In this document: one piece after another, positions 25,303-38,913 of the stretch | Position numbering within the stretch: position 1 is the first letter of the stretch | Layout: every line of letters begins with the position of its first letter | NCBI GenBank assembly: GCA_964658305.1 | Contig: OZ210885.1 | Coordinates: forward strand, 2,232,001-2,296,000 | Reading direction: 5' to 3' | Source: Leptogorgia sarmentosa | Lineage: Eukaryota | Length of the DNA: 64,000 nt | Notes under the pieces: generated by a model | What the model was told of the DNA's origin: nothing | What the model saw: only the letters and a program-made list of their open reading frames with translations | Databases searched by the model: none | Program-made: the position numbers and the translations under genes

Positions 25303-26058
25303 ACAGGGTGTATAAAAAAAAGTTTACTGATGAAAAACATTCTCTAAACTAACGAGCGCTGAAAATTTCCGAAAACTTTCGGTTAGCATGGGTAGTTTAA
25401 CACCCTCTCGTATATTTAGCACTAAGTTTATTTTAAAAACAAATATTTTTAGAATGGGATATGTGGTTACTGATAGGCCCATTAAAAACGGCTTGCGCGG
25501 AAAAAATAAGTTTTCTTCACACAATTTGATTTAATTGGATGCAAATATGGAGTATGATATACAAGCTATTCAAGTTTTGAGAAATTTGGTGCACGCTGAG
25601 ACGAGCGTGCGATGTCCGAAAACTGGATTTTGCGTTCTTTCCTGCGTGATTTATACCGATTAATTTATGCATAATTGGATATTTGCATTAATTACCAATG
25701 CAAATTGCAAGCTAATTCCCAAAGGTCCGTAATTACGCGAAGAAATTGCGGAAAATCCAGTTTTCGGACATCGCACGTTCGTCTCAGCGTGCACCAAATT
25801 TCTCAAAACTTGAATAGCTTGTATATCATACTCCATATTTTCATCCGATTAAATCAAACTGTGTGAAAACCTATTTTTTCCGCGCAAGCCGTTTTTAATG
25901 GGCCTTTCAGTAACCACATTTCCCATTCTAAAAAAGTTTGTTTTTAAAATAAACTTAGTGCTAGATATACCAGAGGGTGTTAAACTACCCATGCTAACCG
26001 AAAGTTTTTGGAAATTTTGAGCGCTCGTTAGTTTAGAGAATGTTTTTCGTCAGTAAAC
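25303..26058. mobile_element. Tc1/mariner-like foldback MITE with ~350-bp arms (right tip lost); another copy of one arm at ~51245-51690
   Basis: ta-cagggtgtataaaaaaaagtttactgatgaaaaacattctctaaactaacgagcgc is mirrored at ~26021-26058. Confidence 0.8.
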
Positions 26059-27369
26059 ACGTTTGCTGCATCTTGGAATGCAGTTCTACTCTTAAAGGAT
26101 GTTAATTTGTGAAGACTGTTTGATTTGTAAAGAATATACAATAGGAAAATAAATCCAGGCTCGTACTTGCAAATTTCGCATCTCGTACGTTGAAAGTTGC
26201 AAGAAAAATTGCATCGTGAAACAAAGCGTTTAGTTAGAATGTTTTCAATATACAACATACAATTATTATAGCTATGTACATACATTCAGCAGCTACGATA
26301 TAGGTGTCAAACACTGTTATTTGCTATGATAGTTCATATAATTCTAACTTAGCATTTTTTGTGATTAATGAAAACATTAAATAACTGCAAGCAAATTAAA
26401 AGTACTCTAAATTTAAATCGAGAATTTGCTTTGAAAAGAATCAAGATTACATAAACGGGACACAAAAGACATATTGTCACACTACCGTAAATCGGTTATG
26501 TTATTAACAGCCCAGGGGTGAAAAGTGGGGGAGGGGGAGGGTTATATTAATTTCTTCAAATATGCCTATTGATTTTCCATTTCATATAAAGATGAACTTC
26601 TATATCATCTGTTTCTCTATACACGACAAGGCAGCATGCACATGGTTTGTGGCCTAACTCCAGGGTGTTAGCCAGAAGTAAAAAAAAATCCGCGTTTAGC
26701 CGAAATTGGGAAATTTAGTCTGAATGTATTTCGCATGGGACCATATTTGTTTGAGTCTCTTTAAAATTTTTGTCTGTCTCATGCCATTTACTGCAGATTT
26801 TGAGAGCAATTTTGAAGAAATGTAGTTTTAAACATGTTTAAAAAGCGTATTAGGAACATATTGACGACATTGACGGCAAGACGAACTACAGTCCAAAAAA
26901 GGGAAATTTGGAAAATTTGGTCATGTGACAACCAGCCTTTGCCAGGGCCTTCTTCCCACCACGCGTTGCACCAGAAAGGCCCTGGGGACGAGGTTGGTCG
27001 AAAGAGATTACGAAGTTTTTCAATTCTCAGATTATAAAATTAAACAATATTCATATTTTCAATGAAAGATACGGTACTAGCCTATTATCAGATGTGGAAA
27101 AAAATTGACTGAACATTTATATTACTATTTTTGGCTGACCCAAATTGGGAAATTGTGACCTCAATACAATTGGGAAAACCGCGTTTAACGCGGAATTTTT
27201 GACTGTAGCTAACACCCTGAACTCAACCACATCTCTATCGCGTTATCATGTTATTGATTACAAACGTGTTTCAATACATCCGGTACGTACACGCGTTACC
27301 AAGATTCTAAACATGAACTGGCCAAAACTAAATTTTAATAAGTGCAAATCAAATGTTAAATCGCGTATT

Positions 27370-30300
27370 TTACTGGAACACTTGCACACGAATAAGAAGA
27401 CAATCATTCTTCAAGTACTGGCGATCCTCCAAGGTTTCAATGTGTGCGAACTCGACATATCCATAACCTTTGTGATTCCGGGGGGTGGTAGGTCGCTGAA
27501 ATGCCAGAAGGTTCGGTCTGGCTACCAAGGTTTCACTGATATGACGTTTGTATTCGCCATCATCACTTTGGTCCAGGATAGACAAGGATATTCTACCTGT
27601 GAGAAACATTCAGATATTATATATTCGGTTGTATCAAAGGCGTTTAGCTTAAACGGTGGATAAGCAAAAATTTTAAACACTGCCGTTCATTTTGTAAATA
27701 ATTCAACCTAAATTTTATAAACTAAATGTGTAGTTCTATGTATAGTTGTTGTGTTTAGACAGAAGTTTTTAGTTTGCTCGTTGTCAAGAGTTCATAATTT
27801 TGTTTGATATTTTTACTTATCCACCGTTTAAGCTAAACGCCTTTGATACAACCGGCCCCTGATCAGTGAACGAACGTAGCGACAGTTGCTTAGATCGACA
27901 GATTTTTGAGCTGTATATTTTGTATATTTTTATTGTTGTTATCATATTTAATAATAATAACAATAAAAATATTTGTTTTGTAAAAAGTTTTGTTGTGTTT
28001 TTTAAATGCGATTTTGGGGGATTTTAAATCATTGAGAGATGCCAAATATTCTTTAACCTCGTACCCGAAAATGGCCACTCCAGTGTGTCATCCCAGTCAG
28101 ACTGCATCATGTGAACAAACAAGGAGACATGAGAACTCGCCTCGGGATCAAGAGCCGGAGACTCCACTCCAATCGGATTGATCCTATGATACAAAAAACT
28201 GATTAGATATACTTAAGTTTATCTTTAAAGGGCTGTAAGAAATAAAAATAATATGTAAATTACTTTAAAAAAACATCTTCGAAAGAAAATCCAATACTAA
28301 ATAATCCATAAGATTATTGGTGCTAACCACATCATGTCACATGAAGGATAGGAAGCCCATGCAAGGTCAATATTGGTCAATGGGCGGATTTTCTGGGGTT
28401 TGAGGGGGCGGTGCGCACCCCGCCCCCGAACACCCCCCCCCCCTTGTCCCTATAAAAGTTTAAATGCACTGACAAAGTATCAATAAAGTTAATATGTTTC
28501 TACGCTTTTTAATTTCTAAATTAACATAAAAGGTTAAACCTTTTATAAATTCTAAAACTCATCAGTGGTAGAACAAATTTTCACTCCACCATATACAGGG
28601 TGTCTCAAAAAAAGGTAGTCCAACTTTGGCATGCCATTGTGCGTTAATTACTGGGTGTACGGACGTGATTTTTGCATGGTCATAAAGATCAAGGTTTTAG
28701 CAGTTGAATGACATATTTGTTGTACGATTTGGAAGAAAATCAGGCAAATGCGAGCGTGTTGAAAAATCTCGGTGAAAAACGCATTCTTTCACCTCGGAGA
28801 ATTGCAGCTAAACTTATTCAAAATTAACTCCCTCTGGGACTCGAAGATGACGACCTTCCCTTCAACAATCGACCTGATTATGCATAATTATTAATAATCC
28901 TGATAAAATCTTTGTTACCATGACACATTTGTGATGAATTGCATTTTTCTTTTGTTATGCACTGCTTTAATTAGGCACAGAGGTGAAAATATGCAATTTC
29001 GACCGTCAATTTTAATCGCTCTCATATTCGTTCTGCTTTGCTCATGACACAAAAAACATGTCATTCAATAGCTGAGACCCTGATCTTTATGACCATGCAA
29101 AAATTACGTTCATTCACCCAGTAATTAAGGCACAATGGCATGCCAAAGTTCGATTACCTTTTTTTTGAGACACCCTGTATACACCAAAAACTCCGTGTCC
29201 TGGGTGGCTTTCCAAAGTTGAGAGCGATTTCAAATTTGTTCACTTTTTTTATACACCCCATATGACGAGGATTAATTCTGCATGATCCGTACGACGAACA
29301 GTATGTGTTCGGTATATAAAAAAACCAAAATAATCGCTACTTGCATTCGCGCTGTTTATCGTATATCCTGTCATTCTATGGACGATACAAAGGCTGGAAC
29401 GACCTGAAAATTTTGAAGCCAACAACAACGCAAAGATTTATAGGTCTACTTTACGTTTTAATGCGAAAGTTACGGTCCTAAATCACACCTCGAGGAGCAT
29501 GGTTGATGGTTTTGGCATGGTCAGTTTTTACACTTATAAAATGTAAAATTTTCTAGAACCTTGCAGCTGGGATTTGCGTTTCATGGTTGTTATCCGCTAC
29601 TTACACTAGCCACATATCGAAATTTGCTATTCCTAAGAATAATTTTAATCATTCAGTCCAAGACACGTTTCACACTTTACAGTATTTAATACATTTCATG
29701 AAGAAACACAAATAAACGTACCTTAGACAAAGTTTATAACCATAAACGTTTGTGTAGAATGGGGGACTGTACAAAGCTGTCACCACATTTTCACGTGCAT
29801 TCTCCAAATGACGGTCGTATCCCGTAATCCTCCACAAATATACTCCGTTGCACATACGAGCTTCCAGTTCGGTTAAAGAGTTTTGCAAAACAGTTATCCT
29901 TCCTCCATTTTCTCTTTGTTGTCTTTCAAGACGACCTAAGATGACGTTAATAATAGAGTTGAGTTCGAACAAGAGTATCTTTAAATGTCCACATATATAA
30001 TTGTGACAACTTCATGTAATTTACTTAGAGTGACTGACATAAATTATATCATCTAATGTTCAAATTACTTTCAATGCGATGAAAAGTCGACTTCAAAAAC
30101 GGACCACGTCATCGTGGGGAGTTCTTGCATTTGATATTTTTAAGTCTGCGGTTTCATAAAGTTGTTCTTGGTACGTTTAATGAAACAGGCATTTGATTAT
30201 CATTTCCCCCTCTAGATATATAATTCATTTGTCCAGCAGCACCCACCTGCAAGCTCACGGTATCGTCGCTCGATTTGCTCAATTCTGCCTTCCAATGTTG

Positions 30301-33300
30301 CAATGCTTTCTGCATTTCTATTTCGTGCGCGATTCAACTCTTCCAAAACAGTTCCACCGACGGCACTATTTCCGGTGCTACTACCGCTGGCACCACCACT
30401 GCCTTCAGATCTTGCTGCACCATTTTTGCTCTTGTCTCGTCCGTTGCCAGGAATGAGCGCAGCAATAACGTTACACAGCATGCTCAAATGTGCCGCCATG
30501 CTGGCTTCGTTGGTCAAATGACTTTGGTAATTGATTCTCAAACCCTAAGGAATAGCAAAACAGTTATTTCATGGTACGTTCACAGTTTATTACACTACGG
30601 TAAATGGCAAATATTAATGCGTACCGTCCATTTACAGCCATATTGCTTGAAGTCACAAACAGCTTGAGCTTTTGGACATTCCTTTTCATGACCTGCAGTC
30701 AACTAAAAGGATAAGTTATATGTTAAAAAGGGCGAAGTATCCCCAACGGTTTTGCGCGCTCAATTTTTTGTTGTCTGATTGGTTGCATAAACAGTGCGCG
30801 ATTCGTGTTGAAATCGCACTGCCATAAGGTGCGATTTGTGCTGAAATTCACTAGAAAAACAGGCGTGCTATTAACGTGTTGCTATAACACGTCCCCATGT
30901 TCTTACAACACAGCCGTGTTGTTGCAGATGTCAAACGTGTTGCAAGTGTGTTGTGAACAACACGCCACAACACACTTGCCAACATATCAACGTGTTACGA
31001 AAGGACACGGAATTAGTGAGAATTTACTAAAACACGCTTCAAGAATGTGATAGGACACGCAAGATGTGTTCTATAGGACACGCAAGATGTGTACTTCGCA
31101 ACACGGGTAGTGTGTCGTTTTTGCAACACACCAACTTGTCCCCTATATCGACACGGCTGAGAGCAGGTGTGTTTTTAGAGCACGAATGCAGTGTTCTAAC
31201 AACACACCCGAGCTCGCAACACGCTAAATCCATAACACACCGCCGTGTTCTTACGTGGTTCCTGGCGTGTTATTAACAACACGCCAATATTTTCAGATGT
31301 GTTGTTGCAGTCGTAACAACACGCTTCTACAGCAACACGCCTCCTATAACAACACGCCCCATTAGCGTGTTGCTATATGGGACAAAAAGTGTGCTCCTAC
31401 AACACGCTTGTTTTTCTAGTGTTGCCCTCTGTCAACCAATCAAAATGATTGAATGACCATTAATTTCAAAATGAATATAATAGCCTTGACATCGGATCTT
31501 GTAATTTTCTCAGAATGATTACCTTTTTTCTCAGCATTTTCTTGTTGCATTTCGCACATGCAACTACAACTTTCTGGCATTTTCCCAAGTGATCCTAAAA
31601 GTTGCAAACAGCGAAATAAAACAAATGAATGATATTAGACATTCAGAAATACTTTGTACGTAAGTGTATTGAAAATGTTTGTGCAACATAATACATACCA
31701 AAAAAGCGTCATATAAATTATGACATATATTTATGGACATCAGTATAAATTTTGAGGAGACTATATAGCTAACATTTCTTGTGTTCCTAAATGCGTTCCA
31801 TTTGTAATCCGACTGGTTCCACTTTTTTCCACCCGCAAATTTATACCAAAGCTATTATTCGCCTCAGGCTCGCGGATTACAAGCTCCTATTCACCTTGCC
31901 TACAGCGACTAATTGTTAAATAGGTGACATACCCATTACACTATAAAAATCTAAATAAATAATCTATCATAAAAATTGAACACAATGTAAACGGGACAAG
32001 TACAACTCCAAACTGCACCTTGAGATTCTTGTGCTGTACTTCACTTTTGCAATGTTGGCAGGTGACAGCTCTTTTTGAACATTCTTTCTTCAAATGATGA
32101 TCCAAACTTTTTCTTTCAACATTTTGGTTACAACCTTTGGGACATGCTACTTCGACAAACTCACATGACTTCAAATGCTCCTGGAAAAAGTTAATAAACT
32201 ATTATGAATGACCAATAAAGACCTAACCACATCTTACAAAATGACCTCTATACATAAAAATACATCCATGAAGTTGCACTCTGTTATACGTCAAATTGCT
32301 TCCAATTTCCAATTTCAATTAAGTCACCGTTGATTACTGCTTGTTTGGCCATTGTCAGATTAGTAAATAAATAGAGACTACTTGTAACAGTTCTCAATCA
32401 CGGTTGGCAAGTGCGTTTATTTACGAGCGATTCATCGATTGTATATTTTAATTACCTCAATGTTCTGCAAAGGGCCAGTCCACGGACATTCTTTCTTGTT
32501 TTTCAAAGTGCGACACTTGACTTTGAACTGATTTATTTCTCTCTTGGCAAAGTTATCTGCGTATATCTACAATTAATGAGATTATTTCTGTTTTTTAAGG
32601 TGGCTCCGTATGGTTTTTATGGGAAACATAGCACATCATCTCTTAATGATATTTAGTTGGTATTTTCATGTTAAAAACACGTTGCGATCGCAACAGCATT
32701 CCCGTAATAATGCATATTTTCGTCTTTTCTTGGATTTTCCTTCGGTAAATTTTTTTTACACCGGTCATGTATATCAATGCGTATGGTCACCTATCAATGC
32801 GTTTTTAGAAAAATTCAGAAAATGTCATCAATCATATTAAGAAATTTTCTATTGATAGAATTTTATAAAAATTTGACATTTTACTTATTGTACCAACATT
32901 CGAAAATGTGCGAGGTTTTGAACAAATTTAGCGCAGGAAAGACGAGAAATTTAGGTTTGATTTTGTAATATGGTTGCGAAATGTTGTAAAATGTGAAAAA
33001 TATATCCCAATAAAGCTAGTTTGGAAATTTTGTAAACTGATACCCATTTCACAAAATTTGCAAATATCACAGGGTTATATCTTTCACAGCGGCAACATTT
33101 CGCACCAAACTCTGCAATTTTACTAACTTTAGGATGCTCTTTAAGGCTGTTATTATGAATTGTACCATTTCGAATTTTTTAAAAAAATTTGTCTATCATG
33201 CAATCGGTCCATTGAAACAGTGGATCGTGCTAGTATATACTATTTCGAATGCTGTCATTTGATTGGCTGCTCTACACGATATCTTTTTAACGATTAGACT

Positions 33301-34426
33301 ACCAGGCCCAGTTGTCTAATTGTTTTAGTGTAAACTGCCACATAAAATAAAAACTGGGATGCATAAACAACATTTAAAATAAGATTAAGCCGGAAAGCTG
33401 AAGAGATTTGTCGTGTAGTTGTTAAATGGAATAATTTCATTAAAACGTCTTGGTGTACTTACCGCCTTGCGGTCCACTTCTTCGCCATCGACTGGGCACG
33501 TGCTGCCATTTGTTCTGCACGGAAACAAAACATGCACGAATGAGCGAGGCGTGTGTTTAGGAGAAGGAAAGGGCAGAGCACCATCATGTATGCCGGAAGT
33601 GGGCGCGCACACGACATCATATTAAATATATGCAGTGACGTCTAGCGAAATTTGTTGCTGCCAGGTATGCAGGAACCGGGGGGAAACGGGGCCCGTTCCT
33701 TCCTCGATGTTCAGCTTCAATTAAAGCAATTTAAAACTATTGATGAAAAACTATTAAAGTCGTACCTTAGTCAACAATCATTGGTATACCCAAAGAAGCC
33801 AACTAAAAAGGTCGAGTTTAGATTCCGAGACCTTGATTTAGAGACCCTGAATTTTCAAAATTTTTCATCAACATGCTTACACTCTTTCTCTTTTCAAAAA
33901 CATATTTTGAATTTAAACATGAATAAAGTATAAAGTGGAAATTCAACTTCGTTTGCGCGATAGTGAAATTTTGCAATCACACATTTGATTTCAGACCAAC
34001 TTACACTCCACTCAGCGCAAGTATACAATTATACATAACTCCATAATCTGTAACTTACTCCATACGACGGTTAATGCATGCCGTACAGAAGCGATGTCCA
34101 CATGGTGTTTGCACTGGATCCCGTAATACGGTAATACAGATCGGACATTCATAGTCTTGAGTGACTGGTGGATCAAATATCTCATCATGACCTGAAATCC
34201 TTTCTGCGTTCTCAGCAGTGCTTCCACTTCCTTGCTGATTCGCTTCATTGTTTCCTGAATTATTCCCCTGATTACTGGCTGCGGCGCCCGGTGGCGCGGA
34301 TGATGATGGGTTTGCAGAAAGGTCGGAACTGGCCGTTCCAGGTACGTCCACATAAGCTTCGTTTTGCTCATTATTCCTCATATCAGCGATATCGCTGGCG
34401 AGGTGACGATAGTGACGGTTAGACAT
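27370..34426 (-). CDS. TRAF6: TNF receptor-associated factor 6-like E3 ligase/adaptor, 566 aa; exons 34059-34426, 33463-33514, 32456-32566, 32019-32180, 31523-31594, 30625-30702, 30247-30544, 29722-29935, 28065-28183, 27370-27596
   Basis: [30 protein letters not shown]...CPVD, then [12 protein letters not shown] Zn fingers, coiled coil and MATH domain CNGVYLWRI...YSPPFYT...GYKLCLR...[10 protein letters not shown]...LEWPF...[21 protein letters not shown] (TRAF6-like). Ten GT-AG exons sum to 1701 nt in frame. A further upstream exon is likely (acceptor at 34435-34436). Confidence 0.93.
27626..27860. mobile_element. MITE in the last TRAF6 intron; relative at ~56238-56483
   Basis: cggttgtatcaaaggcgtttagcttaaacggtggataag and its reverse complement at ~27816-27854. 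Confidence 0.75.
28596..29177. mobile_element. Tc1/mariner-like MITE in a TRAF6 intron; partial copy at ~46933-47368
   Basis: TIR cagggtgtctcaaaaaaaggta...aactttggcatgccattgtgc; TA TSD. Confidence 0.85.
30849..31421. mobile_element. Non-autonomous CACTA/EnSpm-type element in a TRAF6 intron
   Basis: CACTAGAAAAACA ... TGTTTTTCTAGTG termini, 2-bp TT flanks, many subterminal AACACG/CGTGTT motifs in opposite orientations. Confidence 0.8.
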
Positions 34427-34559
34427 CGAGATCACTAATATAAAAAGATATGCAATAACTATTGAAAATAACCCATATACAGTATCTAATAGAGCGGAAA
34501 AAAATTGTAAAGGAAAAAAATTCGTTAGTTACTTCAAAATTGCATTGGTATACGATTTA

Positions 34560-36028
34560 TCCCCGAGCGACGGCGCGAAGCCCCCGGGGCGGGGTAATAA
34601 TTCCCACGGCTATTTACACCCGGGTAAAGGACAATATAGCGGCGTCCATTGATCGGGCACTCCACTTTGAAGTGGAGTCCGGAAAAACATGGCGGATTTT
34701 TCGTCACACGTCACCTATTCTCATGATCATGATGTTAACTAGAAATACATATATGCAGCAACCCCTCGCCTTACTCGCAAAAAAATGCAACTATATTTTT
34801 GGAACATGAAGTACTTTAGTAAAACAGTCAGTGGTTGTTGTCATGACAACACGATCGGAATTCATATTTCTGTTTCTGTATTTTTTTGAAAACAGTCAAG
34901 ATATCAGCTTTTATATTTGTTTTATTGGCATTTTTTTTAATTTGGAGAACCATTTGTTACCGTACGTTATTATGACTAAGATAAACTTGAATTTATTGCG
35001 AAATACAGCATTTATTCGCATGAAACTTTTTATTTAAATATTTAAGTCAGTCTTTGATATACGAGTTTTCGGCCAATTTTCGCTCAAGTCTTACAGCGTA
35101 GATATTGTCTTTGTTTTCGCCTTTCCAAAAGCTTTAAGCCTTTAAAAAACTTTTTAAAAGCTTTAAAAAGCTTCGGCTCTTCATGATAGTCCGCCATATT
35201 TTTGAGATCAGTGGTGACCATTGAACTATATATAACTGGAAGGCTACCTTCATATAAACGGGAACGAAAAAAATGAAGCCCAATTGCGATGCGATTGAGA
35301 AGTAATTTTGCTGTTTTTTTACCGTTTCAAAGCCTTTTCTTGTGCTATGAATACAGAAAAATTAAATTTTATGGCGATCAAATGAATTTCTGTAAGGGAA
35401 ACTCGCCGAAAACAAACGATTGTGTCTCGATTAAAACGGATCTCATGTGCTTGACATATTGATTCGAAAGCTGGCTACAAATGGAATCACAACATATTTT
35501 AGTCTATGACTATGCCATGGTCGCCTGTGGGCGAACAACGTTTGAAAAATGTCAAGAATAGACGAAAAATCACAGCCCGACATAGCAAAAGTGGCCACTT
35601 ATCAAAAGGTTTTTTTACAAAAATCGCTAGTTTTTTCAGGCAGCACCATACAAAATTTGGCAAAAACTGGTCATTATTATGAAAACCTTCACCAAAATGA
35701 AACATTCACCAAATTTATGTTACATATAAATGATTCATATCTTCCTAAAACTATTTTTTGCGAGTTTTGTACAAGTTTTTTCAACAAAAAACAGAAATGT
35801 TTTTGTTTTGGCCGTGTCTACATTGCGTGAAAAGACTGGGGCCGATTTGGCTTCAAGTTTCTGGCCGGAAGTAGCCTTCCAGTTTTATTTAGTTCAATGG
35901 TGGTGACCACCCTTCGACGATGACCCAAAATGGCGGCCAAATCGAGCAACTTTGGACTCCGCTATGCTGAATTATTACCCTCGCCCCGGGCTTACGCCCG
36001 GACGGCGCTTCGCGCCGTGGCTCGGGGA
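34560..36028. mobile_element. ~1.5-kb element with hairpin-containing TIRs and TTA flanks, just upstream of the first TRAF6 coding exon
   Basis: tccccgagcgacggcgcgaagc...ggggtaataatt mirrors aattattaccc...gcttcgcgccgtggctcgggga. TTA at 34557-34559 and 36029-36031. Confidence 0.65.
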
Positions 36029-36362
36029 TTACTGACCACAGTTGACGATGTGTGTGCAGGCGCCGCTTCCAACCCCAAACTCTGGGTTTTACGGTGTTTA
36101 TTTATTATAAGTCAGTGAGCGTTGTTGTTGACTTGTTAGGTGTCGTATTAATATATTTAACTGCTATGATCGTGATGCTAAATAGAAAATACTATTTGAC
36201 TGGCAATATAGTGACTGTAGTTAAAGTCCATTGATTTTTACGAAATAAACCAAACCCAAACGAAAACCTGACCCTAACCTTATGACAGTCTAACCCTAAA
36301 CACTATGAAGCGAGAAAAAAATGTCCTCAAAACTTTTTGGAAAAAATAAACAAGTCTTTCGG

Positions 36363-36969
36363 CACTGCTCTCACAACGAATTTTCAAAATTCCTTAGCGT
36401 AAGCTTCGGAATTCCTCAGATATTCCCAAAATTCCTTAAATGACTTGTTTATCCTTGCAACTACCCCCAAAGTACCCTGCAATCCCGCTCTTTTGCCTCT
36501 TGTTTTAAAAACAAGGCTCAAATAGTTTCAAAATCGTTAATAAACACAATTTGTGAGGTAACTGAGCTTACTAAAGTATATACAAGATAAAATGGGTTTG
36601 AATGAGCGACTCATCATCTCCTGAGCCGGACCGGAAGCCCACATTCGCGCTATTTATCAGAAACTATAATTATGTAAATTAACTATAATCACCATTTTTT
36701 AAATTTTACTGTTTGCTGTGACATGTGTTTCACAGGCATTTTACCACGGAGATAAAGAATTACTTTATTATTAATTAGTAATTCTTTAGCTCAGGGCATT
36801 TTACCAAAGGCTTTTCTCACTGAGCTAAAGAATTACTGGAGAGAGTGGCTTTTCTCGAAATATTAAAATTCCTTAGAAAATTCCTTAAAAATTGAATTCC
36901 TTAAAAAAATCCTTAAAACTTTGCTAAATTCCTATTTCTGAGGAAAAATCCTTAGAAGTGAGAGCACTG
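36363..36969. mobile_element. hAT-type MITE
   Basis: Imperfect TIR cactgctctcac / gtgagagcactg; 8-bp TSD TCTTTCGG (36355-36362, 36970-36977); subterminal AATTCCTT repeats. Confidence 0.85.
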
Positions 36970-38483
36970 TCTTTCGGCGAAAAGCAATTCCAGCCCGCAA
37001 TTATTATGCAATAGGGCTGCGCGGGGGACTGGAACTGACGTCCAACAGCCAGTCCAAAATTCCAACAGCTGCTTCAATTTCCGCCATCTTTGATTTTTTT
37101 TGCTTCACTTTGGGCAACCCAAGTTCCTACTCCAGATCACTGTGTGAAGTACGTACGCACAATATTCAGCACGACATTCGGATTCAGCACAAGATCCAAA
37201 TCCGCTAAAAAATGTGAGCTCGCTCTTTTCAGTTATCTAGAAGTACATTATATATTTTACTCGTTTTCTCATTATAAAAAACATGGAGAGACCAGGTTGT
37301 TAAGATGTTGGGCGTAGCCATTTGCCACCCCAATAAACTAAGTACAGTTTCACACGACTAACTCAATGTTTTACAGGTTTATTCACTCTGATCTTTTACA
37401 TAACAAACTACGTACTCTATATAATTATATGAGATTACATGCTAATATATTTTGGGATATATAAAGTTAAATTTTACATTCATTACCATATACGGTTTAT
37501 CGTTGGATACATTCATTTCATTGTTACACTATATATATATGTATGGAATCTATGGAACTACTATCTATGGGATTAATATTCTTGTTTGTCAATAATCTTT
37601 TCATCACTTACTTTACAGAATATGATAGAGCATATTTTAACACAGGTACACAATGAAATAATTATAACGATTCATTCTTTACAGTTTCTGCTCAAAATCA
37701 GTAAATGAACGACTTTTCCTCCGAAAAAAAACACTTTTTATCCAACCCCACAATTCTGTCATCATGAACATGCGGCTGTCATGGTGTTAAAACGCGTTTA
37801 TAGTGGCGCATCAAATAAATATCAGAAATCGCATCGTAAATTCAAGCGCAATGTGGTACGTCGAGCATGAGATTATAATTATAGTGAATTACATGCGCGC
37901 CTTGTCAACAAACGTTTTTAAATTAAAACGTATATATGGCTGCGCCTATTCTATCAATTGTTTCATAAATTTGCGATTATGTGACAGATTACTTGCTCGT
38001 TCATATTACTATTGAAATTGTTGTGAGCCGAATTTGCTTCATTGTATTATTATTATGTCATTGTACTATAGTATGTATACGTATTCCAAAGTTTGAAAAC
38101 AATTCATAGAATATAGTCGAAGATATATTGGAAGTGTAACTAATTTTCAGGTGCAGAATGTTATTGTGATGTTACTCTGAATTTATATCCACACCGTGGG
38201 CAACACGCGCTTACATAGCTATGCAAAATGGCGGGCGAGCAAGACTCGGACGAAGAAATAAATAGACTTCTTGAAAACAAAGATGCAAAAATGTTTCGTT
38301 CGGTATAATATATCATTTATAGACCCTCCGCTCGGGGGATTCGGCGATATTTCCCTCAGTGAGAGCCCCTCGGAAAATATCATCACTTCGGGAAATATTA
38401 CGCCGAATCCCCCTCGCTCCGGGTCTATAAATGATAAGTATTACTCGACTGTGATTGGTTCATTTCAGTGCAGTTAATCCCAA

Positions 38484-38846
38484 ATCACAGTGCAATTTTT
38501 TGTAATCACAGTTCAATTTTCTGTAATCAGAGTGCAATTTTTGGTAATCACAGTGCAATTTTTTGTAATCACAGTGCAATTTTCTGTAATCACAGTGCAA
38601 TTTTGTGTTATCACAGTGCAATTTTCTGTAATCACAGTGCAATTTTGTGTAATCACAGCGGAATTTTGTGTTATCACAGTGCAATTTTGTGTTATCACAG
38701 TGCAATTTTCTGTAATCACAGTGCAATTTTCTGTAATCACAGTGCAATTTTCTGTAATCACAGTGCAATTTTCTGTAATCACAGCGGAATTTTTTGTAAT
38801 CACAGCGGAATTTTTTGTAATCACAGTGCAATTTTGTGTTTATCAC
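38484..38846. repeat. 21-bp minisatellite, ~17 copies (ATCACAGTGCAATTTT(C/T/G)TG(TA/TT))
   Basis: Direct tandem units without unique spacers; explains the repetitive ORFs in several frames. Confidence 0.95.
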
Positions 38847-38913
38847 TTTGAACCAATCAAATTAGAGCTCCGCCAGTAAAGAAGAGAAAATTAAAGACGA
38901 ATAACACAACAAA

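Noticed and set aside
38460..38879. CRISPR-like array or His/Cys repeat protein
   Set aside because: Pure tandem 21-mers with no unique spacers, no cas genes, eukaryotic context; the ORFs follow from the repeat period.
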